A DNA stretch of 64,000 nt from Octopus vulgaris (lineage: Eukaryota), in the NCBI GenBank assembly GCA_951406725.2, contig OX597815.1:21018001-21082000 (forward strand), read 5' to 3'. The position numbers and the translations under genes are program-made. The first letter of the stretch is position 1. The number at the start of each line of letters is the position of its first letter. Positions 1 to 15,649 of this stretch are shown here, in pieces. A model generated the notes under the pieces. The model did no database searches. It saw only the letters and a list, made by a program, of their open reading frames with translations, and had not been told where the DNA came from.

Positions 1-280
1 GACCCCCCCACCCCAGGACTTATTCTTTGTAATCCTAATATTTATTCTATCAGGCCCTTTTGCCGAACCGCCAGGTTACGGGGACGTAAACGCATCAACA
101 TCAGTTGTCAAGTAATGTTGGGGGGACAAACATAGACACACAAATTCACTCAAAAGGCTTGGGCTAGCCCCAGGCTATAGTAGAAGACACTTGCCCAAGG
201 TGCCACGCAGTGGGACTGAACCCGGAACCATGTGGTTGGTAAGCAAACTATTTACCACATAGTCACCCCTGCGCCTAGCC
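1..280 (-). mobile_element. tRNA-derived SINE, CORE-like family (family C), cut by window edge
   Basis: Reverse strand reads ...ggttccgggttcagtcccactgcgtggcaccttgggcaagtgtcttctactatagcc, a B-box-like head plus CORE-like ccttgggcaag. Homologous to 35560-36000 and 60755-61258. Confidence 0.8.
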
Positions 281-281
281 A

Positions 282-284
<3 letters not shown>

Positions 285-376
<92 letters not shown>
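285..376. repeat. (GT)n microsatellite
   Basis: Pure GT run. Confidence 0.98.
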
Positions 377-377
<1 letters not shown>

Positions 378-649
378 GAATAAACGATTAAAAATAAATA
401 ACGATTATTTATATACAAAGATATTTCTATAGACGTTGGAAAAATATTAATGGAAAAGATAAAGAAAACAAATCATAATAATAATGATTTAATTTATTGA
501 CATTTTGATAAAAGAAAGAGCAACATGCGACCACATACACGTGTATGTGCATGTAGATACAGCCACAGGCATACACACACATACATATGTAATCCCGTGT
601 ATACACATACATACATATATACATACATACATACATACATACATTAATA

Positions 650-1822
650 CATACGTATGTACGTATGTACGTAAGTATGCATGTATGCATGTATGTATGT
701 ATGTATGTATGTATGTACGTATGCATGTATGCATGCATGTATGTATGTATGTATGTATGTATGTATGTATGTATGTATGTATGTATGTATGTATGTATGT
801 ATGTATGTATGTATGTATGTATGCATGTATGTATGTATGTATGTATGTATGTATGTATGTATGTATGTATGTATGTATGTATGTATGTATGTATGTATGT
901 ATGTATGTATTATGTATGTATGCATGCATGTATGTATGCATGTATGTATGTATGTATGTATGTATGTATGTATGTACGTATGCATGTATGCATGCATGTA
1001 TGTATGCATGTATGTATGTATGTATGTATGTATGTATGTATGTATGTATGTATGTATGTATGTATGTATGTATGTATGTATGTATGTATGTACGTACGTA
1101 TGCATGTATGTATGTATGTATGTATGTATGTATGTATGTATGTATGTATGTATGTATGTATGTATGTATGTATGTATGTATGTATGTATGTATGTATGTA
1201 TGTATGTATGTATGTATGTATGTATGTATGTATGTATGTATGTATGTATGTATGTATGTATGTATGTATGTATGTATGTATGTATGTATGTATGTATGTA
1301 TGTATGTATGTATGTATGTATGTATGTATGTATGTATGTATGTATGTATGTATGCATGTATGTATGTATGTATGTATGTATGTATGTATGTACGTACGTA
1401 TGTATGTATGTATGCATGCATGTATGTATGTATGTATGTATGTATGTATGTATGTATGTATGTATGTATGTATGTATGTATGTATGTATGTATGTATGTA
1501 TGTATGTATGTATGTATGTATGTATGTATGTATGTATGTATGTATGTATGTATGTATGTATGTATGTATGTATGTATGTATGTATGTATGTATGTATGTA
1601 TGTATGTATGTATGTATGTATGTATGCATGCATGTATGTATGCATGTATGTATGTATGTATGTATGTATGTATGTATGTATGTATGTATGTATGTATGTA
1701 TGTATGTATGCATGTATGTATGTATGTATGTATGTATGTATGTATGTATGTATGTATGTATGTATGTATGTATGTATGTATGTATGTATGTATGTATGTA
1801 TGCATGTATGTATGTATGTATG

Positions 1823-1854
<32 letters not shown>

Positions 1855-2175
1855 TGTATGTATGTATGTATGTATGTATGTATGTATGTATGTATGTATG
1901 TATGTATGTATGTATGTATGTATGTATGTATGCATGTATGTATGTATGTATGTATGTATGTATGTATGTATGTATGTATGTATGTATGTATGCATGCATG
2001 TATGTATGTATGTATGTATGTATGTATGTATGTATGTATGTATGTATGCATGTATGTATGTATGTATGTATGTATGTATGTATGTATGTATGTATGTATG
2101 TATGTATGTATGTATGTATGTATGTATGTATGTATGTATGTATGTATGTATGTATGTATGTATGTATGTATATGT
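650..2175. repeat. ~1.5 kb (TATG)n tetranucleotide array with TGCA/TACG variants
   Basis: Directly visible; source of the MYVC/HTYI pseudo-ORFs. Confidence 0.98.
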
Positions 2176-2320
2176 AGTCCGTTTTATTTAACAGTAAAAT
2201 TACACCAGTGGTTAAAGGGCATTTCATTTTTATTTAGTAAGTTCTTTTACTCCCGATTATGTGTGTGTTTATATATACATGTGTGTGTATGTGTGTGTAT
2301 ACATATATATATATATATAT

Positions 2321-2538
2321 GCTGGCAGAAACGTTAGCACGCCGGGCGACCTGCGTAGCCGTATTTCGTCTGTCGTTACGTTCCGAGTTCAAATTCCGCC
2401 GAGGTCGACTTTGCCTTTCATCCTTTCGGGGTCGATAAATTAAGTACCAGTTACGCACTGGGGTCGATGTAATCGACTTAATCCCTTTGTCTGTCCTTGT
2501 TTGTCCCCTCTGTGTTTAGCCCCTTTTGGGTAGTAAAG

Positions 2539-2541
<3 letters not shown>
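2321..2541 (+). mobile_element. tRNA-derived SINE with Meta-like core (family M)
   Basis: ctggcagaaacgttagc...gagttcaaattcc (B box) followed by gtcgactttgcctttcatcctttcggggtcgataaat..agtacc, resembling the MetaSINE/Sauria core. Many copies in the window. Confidence 0.85.
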
Positions 2542-2585
<44 letters not shown>

Positions 2586-2749
2586 CACAGGTTGTATAAG
2601 TACATAAACTCATTATACAAACCTGCATATCCGTATATGCTTTGCTATTCACTTATATATATGTATGCATTTATACAAGCGGTTATAGCTTAACATGGAA
2701 ACTGCTATCTCAATACGCGTACAATTTAACGTAGTCAACATTATATTAT

Positions 2750-2917
2750 ACGTCACTGTGCGGTAAAAAGTTTGGTATCCAACTACACGGTTTCGGGTTC
2801 AGTCCCACTACACAGCACAATGGGTAACTGTCTCCTACTACAGTCGCGGGCCAACCAAAGCTTTGTGAGTGGATTTGTAAGAATTTGAAAGAAACACGTT
2901 GTATAATATATATATAT

Positions 2918-2999
<82 letters not shown>

Positions 3000-3245
3000 T
3001 GTGTGTTTGTGCGTGCGTTTGTTTGTTTATTTGTGTGTGTTTGCACTTTTGTGTTTGTCCCCTCACCGCACTACTCAACAACCGGTGTTGGTGTGTTTAC
3101 GGTCCCGTATGTTAGCGGTTCGGCAAAACAAATCGAAAGAATAAGTCTGGGTCTTTTAAAAATAAGAATTGGGCTCGATTCGTTCGGCGAAAATTTTTGA
3201 AGGTGATCCCCCAGACTAAAACAATTAAAAGAAAAATTAAAAGAT
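2750..3245 (+). mobile_element. Family C SINE with internal (TA)n(GT)n tract
   Basis: Head gggttcagtcccactacacagcacaatgggtaactgtctcctacta; 3' half ttagcggttcggcaaaa...gaataagt. Same layout as 60755-61258. Confidence 0.7.
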
Positions 3246-3361
3246 ATACACGTTTCAAAGGAGAGGGAAATTACTCACAACTCAAACTATATCATGAATG
3301 TAGCACGGTAGTTGTGTATGTATGTACTATGTGTATTATCATCATTATTATTATCATTACT

Positions 3362-3532
3362 AAGGCGACGTGTTGGCAGAACTGTTAAGAAGACGGGCAA
3401 AATGCTCAGCAACATTTTGTCCGTTTTTACGTTCTGAGTTCAAATACCTCCAAGATCGATTTTACTTTTCATTCTTTTGAAGTTGATAAAATAACGTACC
3501 AGTAAAGTACTAGAGCGATGTAATCGACTTTC
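3362..3532 (+). mobile_element. Diverged family M SINE
   Basis: ttggcagaactgttaa...ctgagttcaaat...gataaaataacgtaccag...gtaatcgactt. Confidence 0.7.
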
Positions 3533-3570
3533 CATTATTATACATACATATATATATATATATATATATC

Positions 3571-3684
<114 letters not shown>

Positions 3685-4191
3685 TTATATCATTATATAT
3701 ATATATATATAATAGCCTTTATGCATAATGAAAGTAACGCTCAGAACACGACCCATCGCTAAAGTATTCACTAGCTATATACAGGAATAAGCGCATATGT
3801 AATGCTGTATAAATCATATTCCGGCAACATCACGTTGACCGTGTATAGCGTAACCAATCACAATGACGGTGCCAAGTATAATGAGGCAGGAACAAGCGTC
3901 AACATCACTTCGTCCTGAAGATAAGACAGTGAGGCTCTAAATACGTTAACGCTAGATCGGTGGCGTTATAATTCTAAATTAAGTGTCAGCTTATGTATAA
4001 CCTTTATTAGTGTGGAAAAGCTTCACAATATAGATAAAATTATAAAGAATGCGTTCATCATTTCAACGTAATATGTCTAAAAAAAAAAAGGCCTTTCCGC
4101 GCTTGCACGCGTACACACATACACGTGCATATATGTATGTATGTATATACAAATATATATGTATATATAAACAGATATAAATGCATATATG

Positions 4192-4255
<64 letters not shown>

Positions 4256-4555
4256 AGGTGCATTGGCTTAGTGGTTAGAGTATTTGGCTCACGATCGTAA
4301 GGTCGTGAGTTCAATTCCCGGCAACGCGTTGTGTCCTTGAGCAAGACACTTTATTTCACGTTGCTCCGGTTCACTTAGCTGTCAAAATGAGTAGTACCTG
4401 TATTTCACAGGGCCAGCCTTGTCCACACTCTGTGTCATGCTCAATCTCCTTGAGGACTATGTTAAGAGTACATGTGTCTGTGGAGTGCTCAGCCACTTGC
4501 ACGTTAATTTTATGAGCAGGCTGATCCGTTGATCGGATCAAGTGAAACCCTCGTC

Positions 4556-4557
<2 letters not shown>
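4256..4557 (+). mobile_element. tRNA-derived SINE (head B, tail X)
   Basis: A box tggcttagtgg, B box gagttcaattcc, then gtgtccttgagcaagacact. 3' part shared with 26250-26380. Confidence 0.85.
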
Positions 4558-4620
<63 letters not shown>

Positions 4621-4765
4621 TATGTATGTATGTATGTATGTGTGTATACGTGTATGTATATACAAACAAATATATATATATGTATATATACACAGATATA
4701 TAAATGCATACATGTACTCACACACACATATAAGGCGCGTGGCTTAGTGGTTAGGGTATGTAGGT

Positions 4766-4809
<44 letters not shown>

Positions 4810-5199
4810 GGTGAGTGAGTGAGTGAATGACAGAGAGAGAGAAAGAGAGAAGACCACTTTTCAGTAATGTACTCTAGACACAGTGTAGAGTTCAATTATA
4901 TTTATTTGAATATTGCCTGTACAAGGGAGCATCTGTTTTCATTTCTACAGAATACGTCTCGGGAGCACAATAATCTAATGTATTTCTGAGGGGTTTTTAA
5001 TAGGTACATGAAACGACTAATTTATTCGGAAATCCAATATTTCAATAAGCTGTAAGTGCCTCTGTGTGTAAGTGCATGCATGTGTGCATGAGTGTGTATT
5101 TGTTTGCGTGTATATGCAAGAGCTTGCCTTGCTCAAAACACTTTCTTTAAAATGTCCATCTAGATATCGTTCATACCTTTGTTAAAAAAAACACGTTTC

Positions 5200-5575
5200 C
5201 AACGAAGAGCAGCACCAGCGCACGCATCAACCTGTAGTTTCCCGCCTCATAGCCATCCGTCGCATGCGCTGGTACGTGCTTGTCCTCCACCTCCTCCTGA
5301 TCACTCAATGGGGGTCTTACTCTCGTTCGACGAAGAAGATGTTGTCTGGAAGAGGCTCTGTGGCTGGTTTCACGCCGGATAGCTGGACTTGATTAAGGAC
5401 GACCTCCCAGGGCTCGACGTCATTTTCGCGGAGGTTGAGGGGTTGGCACGGGACCACCAGCAATGGATGGCAATGGTGAGCCTCGTTGACTCTACGCACG
5501 ATGACGCTGGTGGGACCCTAACCTAGGATGGCACCAAACCCATCGATCAAGAGCATGAGCTGAGTTGAGCTGGGT
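5200..5575 (+). mobile_element. RTE-like LINE 3' remnant with frameshifts and stops
   Basis: Translates as SRLIAIRRMRWY.. (cf. RRLRWxGHV) and WKR...LDLIKDDL..L...EVEGLARDHQQW (cf. RTE C-terminal W-D-I-K-DL...A-DR-W). Short gagct-type tail repeats follow. Confidence 0.7.
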
Positions 5576-5893
5576 TTGTTCAAAACAGCAAAATTCTCAT
5601 TCCATCTTTAGCTACTCTAGACCTTCATAGTCTTACATCGACCCTGAAGATAAGACCGTAAGGATCTTGACTGTAAGGGCCAAGGAACATATTTACTGAT
5701 TTGAATATTTTACTGTTGTAAATAAACTCTTAGAAACTCATATGCCAAAGTGAAAAAGTTTGATGAAAAAAAGATAAGGTTAGGTAGAAAATAGGCTGTT
5801 GCCCATATAAATAAATATCTATATGTCAGAGTCTATTTTTGAAAATCTATGATATATGGACAGATAAATACAGATCTAGCTATTTACAGATTT

Positions 5894-5978
<85 letters not shown>

Positions 5979-6574
5979 CATATATATACATATACATTTA
6001 TATATATACACATACATACACATATATGCTTATATATATACACACATACATACACACATATACATATTTACAGATATATGCCTACATATAGATATTCATC
6101 CAAATGTGTGTGCGTGTGTGCGCGCGTGCGCTCTGGATGAAATATATTTCCACTATTTTAGATTTACTATTTTTAAAAACAAAACCGTTTTGAAACTAGA
6201 CACAGAAATAGAAGCAAAAAAAAATGTTTTTATAAAAGCAGAAAAGCAGAATGAAATTTAAAAAAAAAAGAAAGAAAATGCTCTCTTAACAATATCTTCG
6301 TTCGATTTTATTGATACATGGTTCATGGTTCATTATTATATTTGGGCAAAGAATGGATATTTTAGTCCTTTCTCGAAATTTTCTCTTTTATCTAATACAC
6401 ATGAGTTTTTGTTTTGAGAGCACGCGACTTCTTCCTGATCTGCCTGATCTGTGATGTAATACATTCCAGTCGTGACCAACCTGTCTTTCTTTAAAATGTA
6501 ATCTGATTACATTGATCAACATGTTGATTTTTTTTGTTTTCATTACTTTTGGGGTGTGTGTTGTGAGTTGAAGA

Positions 6575-6736
6575 AACTCGCTTTGCAACGGTGTGGATTT
6601 GGGTTCGGTCTCACCACGTGGCACCTTGGATTTGGGTCTTCTACTTCAGCCCTGGGTCGACAAATTCCTTATGAGTGAATTTGGTACATGAAAACTTTTG
6701 AAACCCGGTTTGTGTGTGTGTGCGTGTGTGTGTGTA

Positions 6737-6782
<46 letters not shown>

Positions 6783-6890
6783 ACCCCCCCCCCCCAACCA
6801 CCGCTTTGCCTTGTTTACGTTCGTTAAAAGGGATAGAATTAGCACCAGACATATAAAAATAAGTGACCAATGACTGAAACACGATAAAAG
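6575..6890 (+). mobile_element. Diverged family C SINE with internal (GT)/(GC) tract
   Basis: gggttcggtctcaccacgtggcaccttgg...tcttctact; tail tgactgaaac. Confidence 0.65.
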
Positions 6891-7259
6891 ACAGTAGGAA
6901 AGGATAGAAGTTTCGCTACTCTTTTTAGCAGATCAACTACAAAGTGTAAGTTCTATCGATGACAAGCAAGAATTCTGTGTTTATGTTAGAGATGGTGCCG
7001 AGAGGGATGAAGGGAAATAAGGAAATGTCTTTCATCTGGGAAACACATTGTTTTTGTTAGTTAATTGATGTCTTTTGATGTAAAGTCTGTTCATTTGAAA
7101 TCAACAAGTGCCCGATCGATAAATTCATAAAAATTTAAAATGTGACTTTTGATTCAGGGGACCACAGTACAGACTGGACATTTTTCATAATTACGTGCAT
7201 TAGTAGGTGGTGGTGTTGGTGTTGCTGGTGGTGGTGGTGGTAGTTTTCGTCGTCGTTGT

Positions 7260-7298
<39 letters not shown>

Positions 7299-7514
7299 CA
7301 GCTCTAAAACTAAATAATACATTTTAGAATTAAAGGAACTTTATATAAATATTATATAAATGTATGTGTGTGTATACATATAGGTATATATGCATGTACA
7401 TATGTGCATATAGATATCCATATATATGTATTTATATATTTATATATATTTACATATATATGTGTGATTATATATACATATATATTCTTTTATTCCCGCG
7501 CGTGTGTGTGGTTG

Positions 7515-7614
<100 letters not shown>

Positions 7615-8182
7615 CGAGGCTTCAAGGTAACAGTCAACCTTTCCCTAGTAAAAATATAAAGTATTTCTCGATATCATTTCTGTATCATACATAAATAATA
7701 CAAATATATCATTCCACTTACTCCAAAATAATTATTGACTTTTTAATTTCAATTCCATTTACCTTTATATATATCTTTGAATAATTTATAAATCCTCTGT
7801 TAAAATAATCTCAATTTGAAATTCATCATCTCTTAACGAATAAAATTTAGTATGTTTACTGTTTCATGTTTTTAAGGTAATAAAGAAACCTATACCCAAA
7901 TTTCATAACTAACAAAAAGCAAGGTCGGACTTGTCGGTACACGCGCGCGCGCGCGCACACACACACATAGACACAGAAAAGCACACACACACACTCATCC
8001 ACAAAAATACATACGTGCGTGCGTACATGCCTACACATGTAGTACAATCATTGGCTTACATCTGTTTCTGCTATAGGAGGAAGTAAACTCAGAGCTGAGC
8101 GCTTATGCAAGATGCTATAGCTTCCTCGGGGCCATTAAAATAGGATGTATGTTTGTGTCGGAAAGCATATATATATATATCT

Positions 8183-8295
<113 letters not shown>

Positions 8296-8317
8296 TATAA
8301 ATGTATATATATATATA

Positions 8318-8397
<80 letters not shown>

Positions 8398-8461
8398 TGT
8401 ATATATATGTACACACATACATGTGTACATCTATATATATATATACGTATATATATATATG

Positions 8462-8511
<50 letters not shown>

Positions 8512-8716
8512 CGCGCACATACAAGTGTATGAGTGTGGAGAGAGGGAGGGGGATTCATGAAGCAATGCCTAATACGTTTTTAATTAGTTTATTTTAGCCA
8601 AAACAATGTAAGTTACAAAAATATAAAAGAAACAAAAAAACTCGCTTTGCTATTTTGTCTTATAAACTGCATTGTTTTGACTTCAAAAAATAATTAAAAC
8701 ATTTAGGACACATACA

Positions 8717-8795
<79 letters not shown>

Positions 8796-8818
8796 ATATC
8801 TATCTATCTATCTATCTT

Positions 8819-8891
<73 letters not shown>

Positions 8892-8934
8892 TTCTCTATA
8901 CATACACACATACATACATACATACATACATATT

Positions 8935-8994
<60 letters not shown>

Positions 8995-9007
8995 CGTACA
9001 AGCATGC

Positions 9008-9040
<33 letters not shown>

Positions 9041-9134
9041 TACACATACATACAAGCATGCATATATATGTATAATGTACATACATATGTATGTGTGTGT
9101 ATATCGTACATACATACATACATACATACATACA

Positions 9135-9170
<36 letters not shown>

Positions 9171-11002
9171 CCATGTAGTTTTTAGCTGCGTTTTACAACT
9201 CGCTGTCCATTATATCAGCAACTGCTGTACAGGTGTAGGCAGTGTGGCGGTTTACCCTGACCATTCCCTATAGAAAATTTCACTTTCCACACCAACAGAC
9301 AAGATTACTCTTATTCCCTTGGAATCTTCCTCGTCGAGACAAATGAAATCGGACGAGCAAGACGCGTTTTCGTTCACTCATTCCAGCGGAACAAGATTTA
9401 TCATTACAATGAATCGTACATCACGCCTTCTGTATGTACCCCGTGTGATCTCGAGCTTTACTGAACAATCTGCTACAAGCTACTGCAAGACAGCCGACCA
9501 GGCGTAGTCACGGCTAGGATCAACATGCATGCAGTATCTATCTTTGACGAGAACTTGTACAGAACAGGGTCTGTGATAAGTGCGGGTGACGCTAAGCGTT
9601 AGACGTGACAAGGTGCAGGGAAAGAAATAATCGCAGTAAATTCCAACAGCATCTGCACACACAAACATGCACATCCACCAACCCACTTGGCCAGAGAGAT
9701 ACATACATAACATGCACATATCCATATATTTACGCGCGCAAATGCACACACACACATATAAAAAAATGCATGGCCACTGATCTGTGTGTGCATATGCATG
9801 TGCATTTGATACACACACAGACACACGCGCACGCAGGCACACACACTTTAATACACCCCAAAGCTTTCGCTTAAGGGATATAGTCTGACCTGCAACTTGA
9901 CTAGGGTAGATTTAAATATTGATTTTTGACTTTGGCTCAAGGCCAGAATGTCGAGTAAAATCAACAAGAATAATAACGTTGACATCAACTGGAGTGTATT
10001 ACTGGTATTTCCTGGCATGATTAAAATAAATATGAAGACAGAAATTTCCACATGGACGAAAGAGTGCAGAAACAATGGTTGAGATGTACATAGCTCTGCG
10101 GTCTGGTCACTTAACAGAGACCTTCTTATCCCACGACGTTAATTTATTACAAAGGCACCGTTCATTATTTTTACTTGAAACAATATAAATGTGAATTAGG
10201 AAATAAAATTCTGAGAGAATTTATAATTTGTTGAATAAACACACGAGCGTGCACACGCATATATACACATATGTATGTGTATATATATAAATGCGTGTGT
10301 GTAAATAGTAAGCGAGTTGTAGATACACCCCCCCACACACACACAGATATACATGCAAGTATATATGTGCATATATATATATGCATATACTTATATACTT
10401 ATGAATGTATAGCGGCATGTGTATGTGGGTATGTATATATATATATATATGTATATATATATGTATATATATATATATATGTATATATATATACATACAC
10501 TCACACAATATATATACACACACACATATAACCCATACCCATATATGCATGTATATATACATATAAATGTAGGTATGTACATATATGTATGTATATATGC
10601 ATATATATATATATCATTTATATTATATTAAATTTATATTAAATGGCGGTGCCCCAGCAAAATGGCGGTGCCCCAGCAAATGGTGGTGTCCCAGCATGGC
10701 CACAGCTTGTGAGCTGAAACTAGATAAATAAATAAATAAATAAAAATATATATATAATATAAATAATATATATACATACATACACACAATAGGTGAGCGT
10801 ATGTGTGTGCGCGCGTCTGTGTGAGTGTATGCGTGTTTATTGAATCTAGGTTGAATAACATGTATAGCATACGTATTAAGATAAATATACGCATATATCA
10901 AATAAATAAGCTCGTATCTCGAATGATACCATCCATAATCAGCGCTTAGCAATTAGAGGTTTTGCCAGAAAATTCTTCCTTATACCCAAAGTCAGAGAAG
11001 TT

Positions 11003-11210
11003 CAGTAATCCCTCGGCTATCGCGGGTGTTACCTTCCAAAAACCCACCGTGATAGGTGAAAATCCGCGAAATAGAAGCATTTAATTTTTATAGTTTGTAT
11101 ACGTTTGTTTTATTATAAATGCAAATAACACAATGGAGGATTCGCCGTAAGCTTAAATAATAAACCGCAATAGGTGTATAGGTGAACCACCATATGACCA
11201 GGGATTACTG
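11003..11210. mobile_element. Tigger/pogo-type MITE
   Basis: Terminal inverted repeats cagtaatccct...agggattactg followed by TA. Internal repeats of accg(tg/ca)ataggtg. Confidence 0.75.
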
Positions 11211-11817
11211 TACTGGAATTAATAACGGAAAGTCACAGAACGAACCAAAAATATTGAGAACTTCACTTATTCCGCAAAAAAAAAGGGGGGTCTAAGAAAA
11301 AAAACTTTAAACTCTAATAGCCGAAGTCAATAGGGAAAATCCAGTTAAAATAAACTTGCATATATATATATATGAACTCTTATACTATATTTATGATCCC
11401 TTAACTTAGCGTAACAGTAATAATAAAGATATTGCACAAATTTAACATTTCTTTTAAATGATTTATAGGTGTAAAAGATCTGGTTAAACATGAATTTAAT
11501 TTGTTTATTGCAATAGCGTTATATATGATGCTGGTCAAACGAAACGATGGTTAGTGACAAAAATTACATATAGTACATGTATTTCAGGTTAAATATATTT
11601 AACCTGTTATAGCTATATATAGTTATATCATGTTCGATTTATAGTTATGTTATGTGAGATATATAGTTATATTAGGTTAGCTATATAGCAATTTTAAAGC
11701 ATTGTCTTCTCATGTTCATTTAGAACTTCGCTAACATACTTTAAATTGATTTTAAAATACGTATACATATGTGTGTATTGATGTATACATAAACGTGAGT
11801 ATGCATATATGTATATG

Positions 11818-11879
<62 letters not shown>

Positions 11880-11955
11880 CAAGCATACACACACAGATAT
11901 ACATATGTATATAATTGTATGCACACATAAAATATGATGCACATATATATATAGG

Positions 11956-12005
<50 letters not shown>

Positions 12006-12189
12006 CGTATATATATATATATGTCTTATATATGTGATGTATATCTTATGTATATATATGTGTGTGTGTGTGTGTGATATTTGTTATTTTTATGCATCTA
12101 CATATAAGCATATATGCATAAAAGTAATGATTTTCTGTATGTATACAATTATATACATATGTATATCTTTTTCTGTAGGTATATATATG

Positions 12190-12361
<172 letters not shown>

Positions 12362-12382
12362 ATATATATATATATATGTAAC

Positions 12383-12414
<32 letters not shown>

Positions 12415-12454
12415 CATATAGTTACATATATATAGGTGTATATATATATATATG

Positions 12455-12520
<66 letters not shown>

Positions 12521-13663
12521 CTAAACACACGCATACGCACCCGCGTACAATTCAATTAATTGGTTGAATTTTTTACAGGTAACTTTATTTTAAATGAAAT
12601 CAAAGGGTTTTGAAATTAACCAAAATATTAAATTATTGAAATAAATGCATCAAAAATGCTTCCGCATTATAGATTACCTTTTATTAGTGTATCTCTCTTT
12701 CTCTCTTTCTCTCTCTCCCTTTCTCTTACACACACACACACACACACACATACACACACATACACACACACACACACACACTCTCTCTCTCTCTCTCATC
12801 TCTCACTCTAAATCTACCGCTTTATCGCCCCCCTCTCGTCCTCTCTTTCTCTGTCTCTCCATCCGCCTTTTTCCTATCCCTTTCTCTGGTTCCTTAAATA
12901 TTTTTTCTTCATATTTATATTATTATAAAACTAAAATGTCACTATAAAATTCTCGTGCTCATAAAAATTAATTTTGATTAAATTTACGATTTAAAAATTT
13001 TTTTCTTTAAAATTTCTGAATTTAAACGGTATCTGATGAAGAATTGGGACCTTAGGCATGAGAAATTACTGAGATCTTAGGAAGCAGATACTCTATAAAA
13101 ATAGCAGTCAATCGGGTCTCAAATTACACTCTATCCGACTAAAATAAAAAAGAAGGATATAAATTGGGAGAACGAGAGACAGATAGTTATGCTAATAGTT
13201 TATCATTAATGAACTTTCACCGGGTAAAGCAAATTATACGTCGCAAACTTGTATAACCTGATATCATGTACCACGCTTTCCTCAGTTGTGTTAGATACCT
13301 ATATAATCATGAAGACACAGACACCCATTCTGTGAATGCGACTGGTGGTGGGGGAGATAAACGTACCCCAGTAGATTGCTGGTACTAATTTTCAGCTGAG
13401 TAAACTGAACCAACGTAACTGAACCACCGCGCCAACCGAAACCTCAGACGTTCTAATCGTAAACTAAATGCTCTAACCATTAGGTCTTGCCCATTCACAA
13501 GCCGGAGTAAGAATTATTATCCGAATTTAATACATGTGTGTATGTATGTGTTCGTTAAACGTATGTGCGTATGTATATGAATATATGTAAAGCACATATG
13601 TATACATAGATATTTAGAGACACGCATGCATCTAAATATACACACATATACACATAGACAGAC

Positions 13664-13759
<96 letters not shown>

Positions 13760-13855
13760 CTGGCATTAGCAACAGAATAAATAGAACTCAAAATATAAGA
13801 ATATATACTTGTATAACTTCAATCGGCAAAAGGAACAAGGTGTCGATTAATGATA

Positions 13856-13938
<83 letters not shown>

Positions 13939-13943
13939 GTATA

Positions 13944-13990
<47 letters not shown>

Positions 13991-14632
13991 TATCTTATGT
14001 ATATCCATACACATATCCACATATATGTATATATATATCTATATATATATACATATATATATATATATGCATATATATACACCTATATGCACATATAGAC
14101 ATACATACATACATATACATATATATATGTATGTACGTATGTATGTATTCCATATTCCCACTAACATTTATTTCCATCTTCTCAACAGCCCTTTCATTTC
14201 TTAAAAGTAAAAATTTTTTATTGAGTATATTAGTTCGCATATATTTTTCATATATTTATGATTTATGAAACCCATATTGGTATATATACTCATTAATTGG
14301 CAAGTAAGTCTTGGTATGTAACAGCACCAATCGGACTGAGTAACTAAATATATTTATATATATGCATGTATATATGCGTATTTATATATATGTATATTGT
14401 GCGTGTGTGTATATATATGTGTGTGTGTGTGTGTGCCTGTGTGTGTGTGATTGTATAGTGGAGATGTATACTGAAACGTGAAATGAAGTTGAAACTAAGG
14501 ATGGTGGTATTGCTCGGGTATTAACTACATTTTTCAATTGTTCTAAGCTTGGCACTTTTTATGAATATTTCTACCGTGCGGAATCCCGCCATATCTGTAT
14601 TTTTGTGTAATTGTATGTGTGTTTGTGTGTGT

Positions 14633-14704
<72 letters not shown>

Positions 14705-15019
14705 GCATGGTAGAAAGAGAGAGTTCGTGTGTGTCTGAGAGAGAATATGTGTTTTTGAGAGAGAGAAAATCTGAGAGAGAGAAATTTTTGCAAATACTTT
14801 GTGATCGTTACATCATAAAAACATGGCAATATATATGAACATAGCTGTTTGATAAATAGATATCGATAAAATGAATAGCAGAATATGTACAGTGTTTGAT
14901 GTAATTGCTTTAATCCCCTGAAGCCAGTTTGCAAAATTGCTGACTTCAATGACTAGAACGAAGTAGACTCATAAAATGAGAAAGTTCCGCATATGAGAGA
15001 CGAGGGTTTCACTACACGT

Positions 15020-15195
15020 CCACTCATCTGGCTAAAAATTTAAACCAGATTTTTATCAAATCACCTCTTACTGTCGTAAACAAAAAGGGCACATTGAATC
15101 ATATAGTACTACATATACTAAGAATATATACGGATAGTCACTGCTAAAAAGCATTTTATCATATCGCTGACATAAGGCTGAACAAAAATAACAAG
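15020..15195 (+). mobile_element. Old dispersed repeat (family O), probable ancient SINE
   Basis: aaatcac..tactgtc.taaa..aaaggg.cacattg...ggatagtcac.gct...tcata motif recurs at about 13080-13220, 17910-18035, 42755-42900, 54715-54815 and 55880-56030, and reversed at 6400-6510, 44535-44710 and 46235-46390. Confidence 0.5.
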
Positions 15196-15601
15196 CTTTT
15201 TTCCTTCAGAAGTATAATTGAAGACAGTAAAAATAGAAAATGAATTTCTTTAGGTAGATAAGGTAAACACATGGTATAATAATGACAAGCTTCAAGGAAT
15301 TTCTTCATCACTTAAAGAATTAAACTTATTTGCAGGAAAAAAAATTGCTAAAAACTGAACTAGTATTTTGATTTGTGTGATTTTTCTTTTTCTTTATATT
15401 TTTTTCTTTATTTATATATATATTATTTTTTTTCTTTTGGTCTACATATAATCAACTGTAGAATTTCAATTTGACTGAATTTATTAATCTGAAAAAATTA
15501 TTATAATGTATCTGTTTAGCTAACTATCTACCTTTCTATCTAGCTATCTCTGTATCTGTCTATTCATCTATTCTCTGTGTCTGTATGAGTGAGAGTAGAT
15601 T

Positions 15602-15649
<48 letters not shown>

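Noticed and set aside
489-2337. ORFs of 360-610 aa (MYVC/HTYI repeats)
   Set aside because: Stop-free translation of (TATG)n, open on both strands; no coding signal.
9240-9640. Possible exon or RTE fragment (minus-strand LRLVGCL)
   Set aside because: Only a faint motif resemblance; no sustained frame or splice support.
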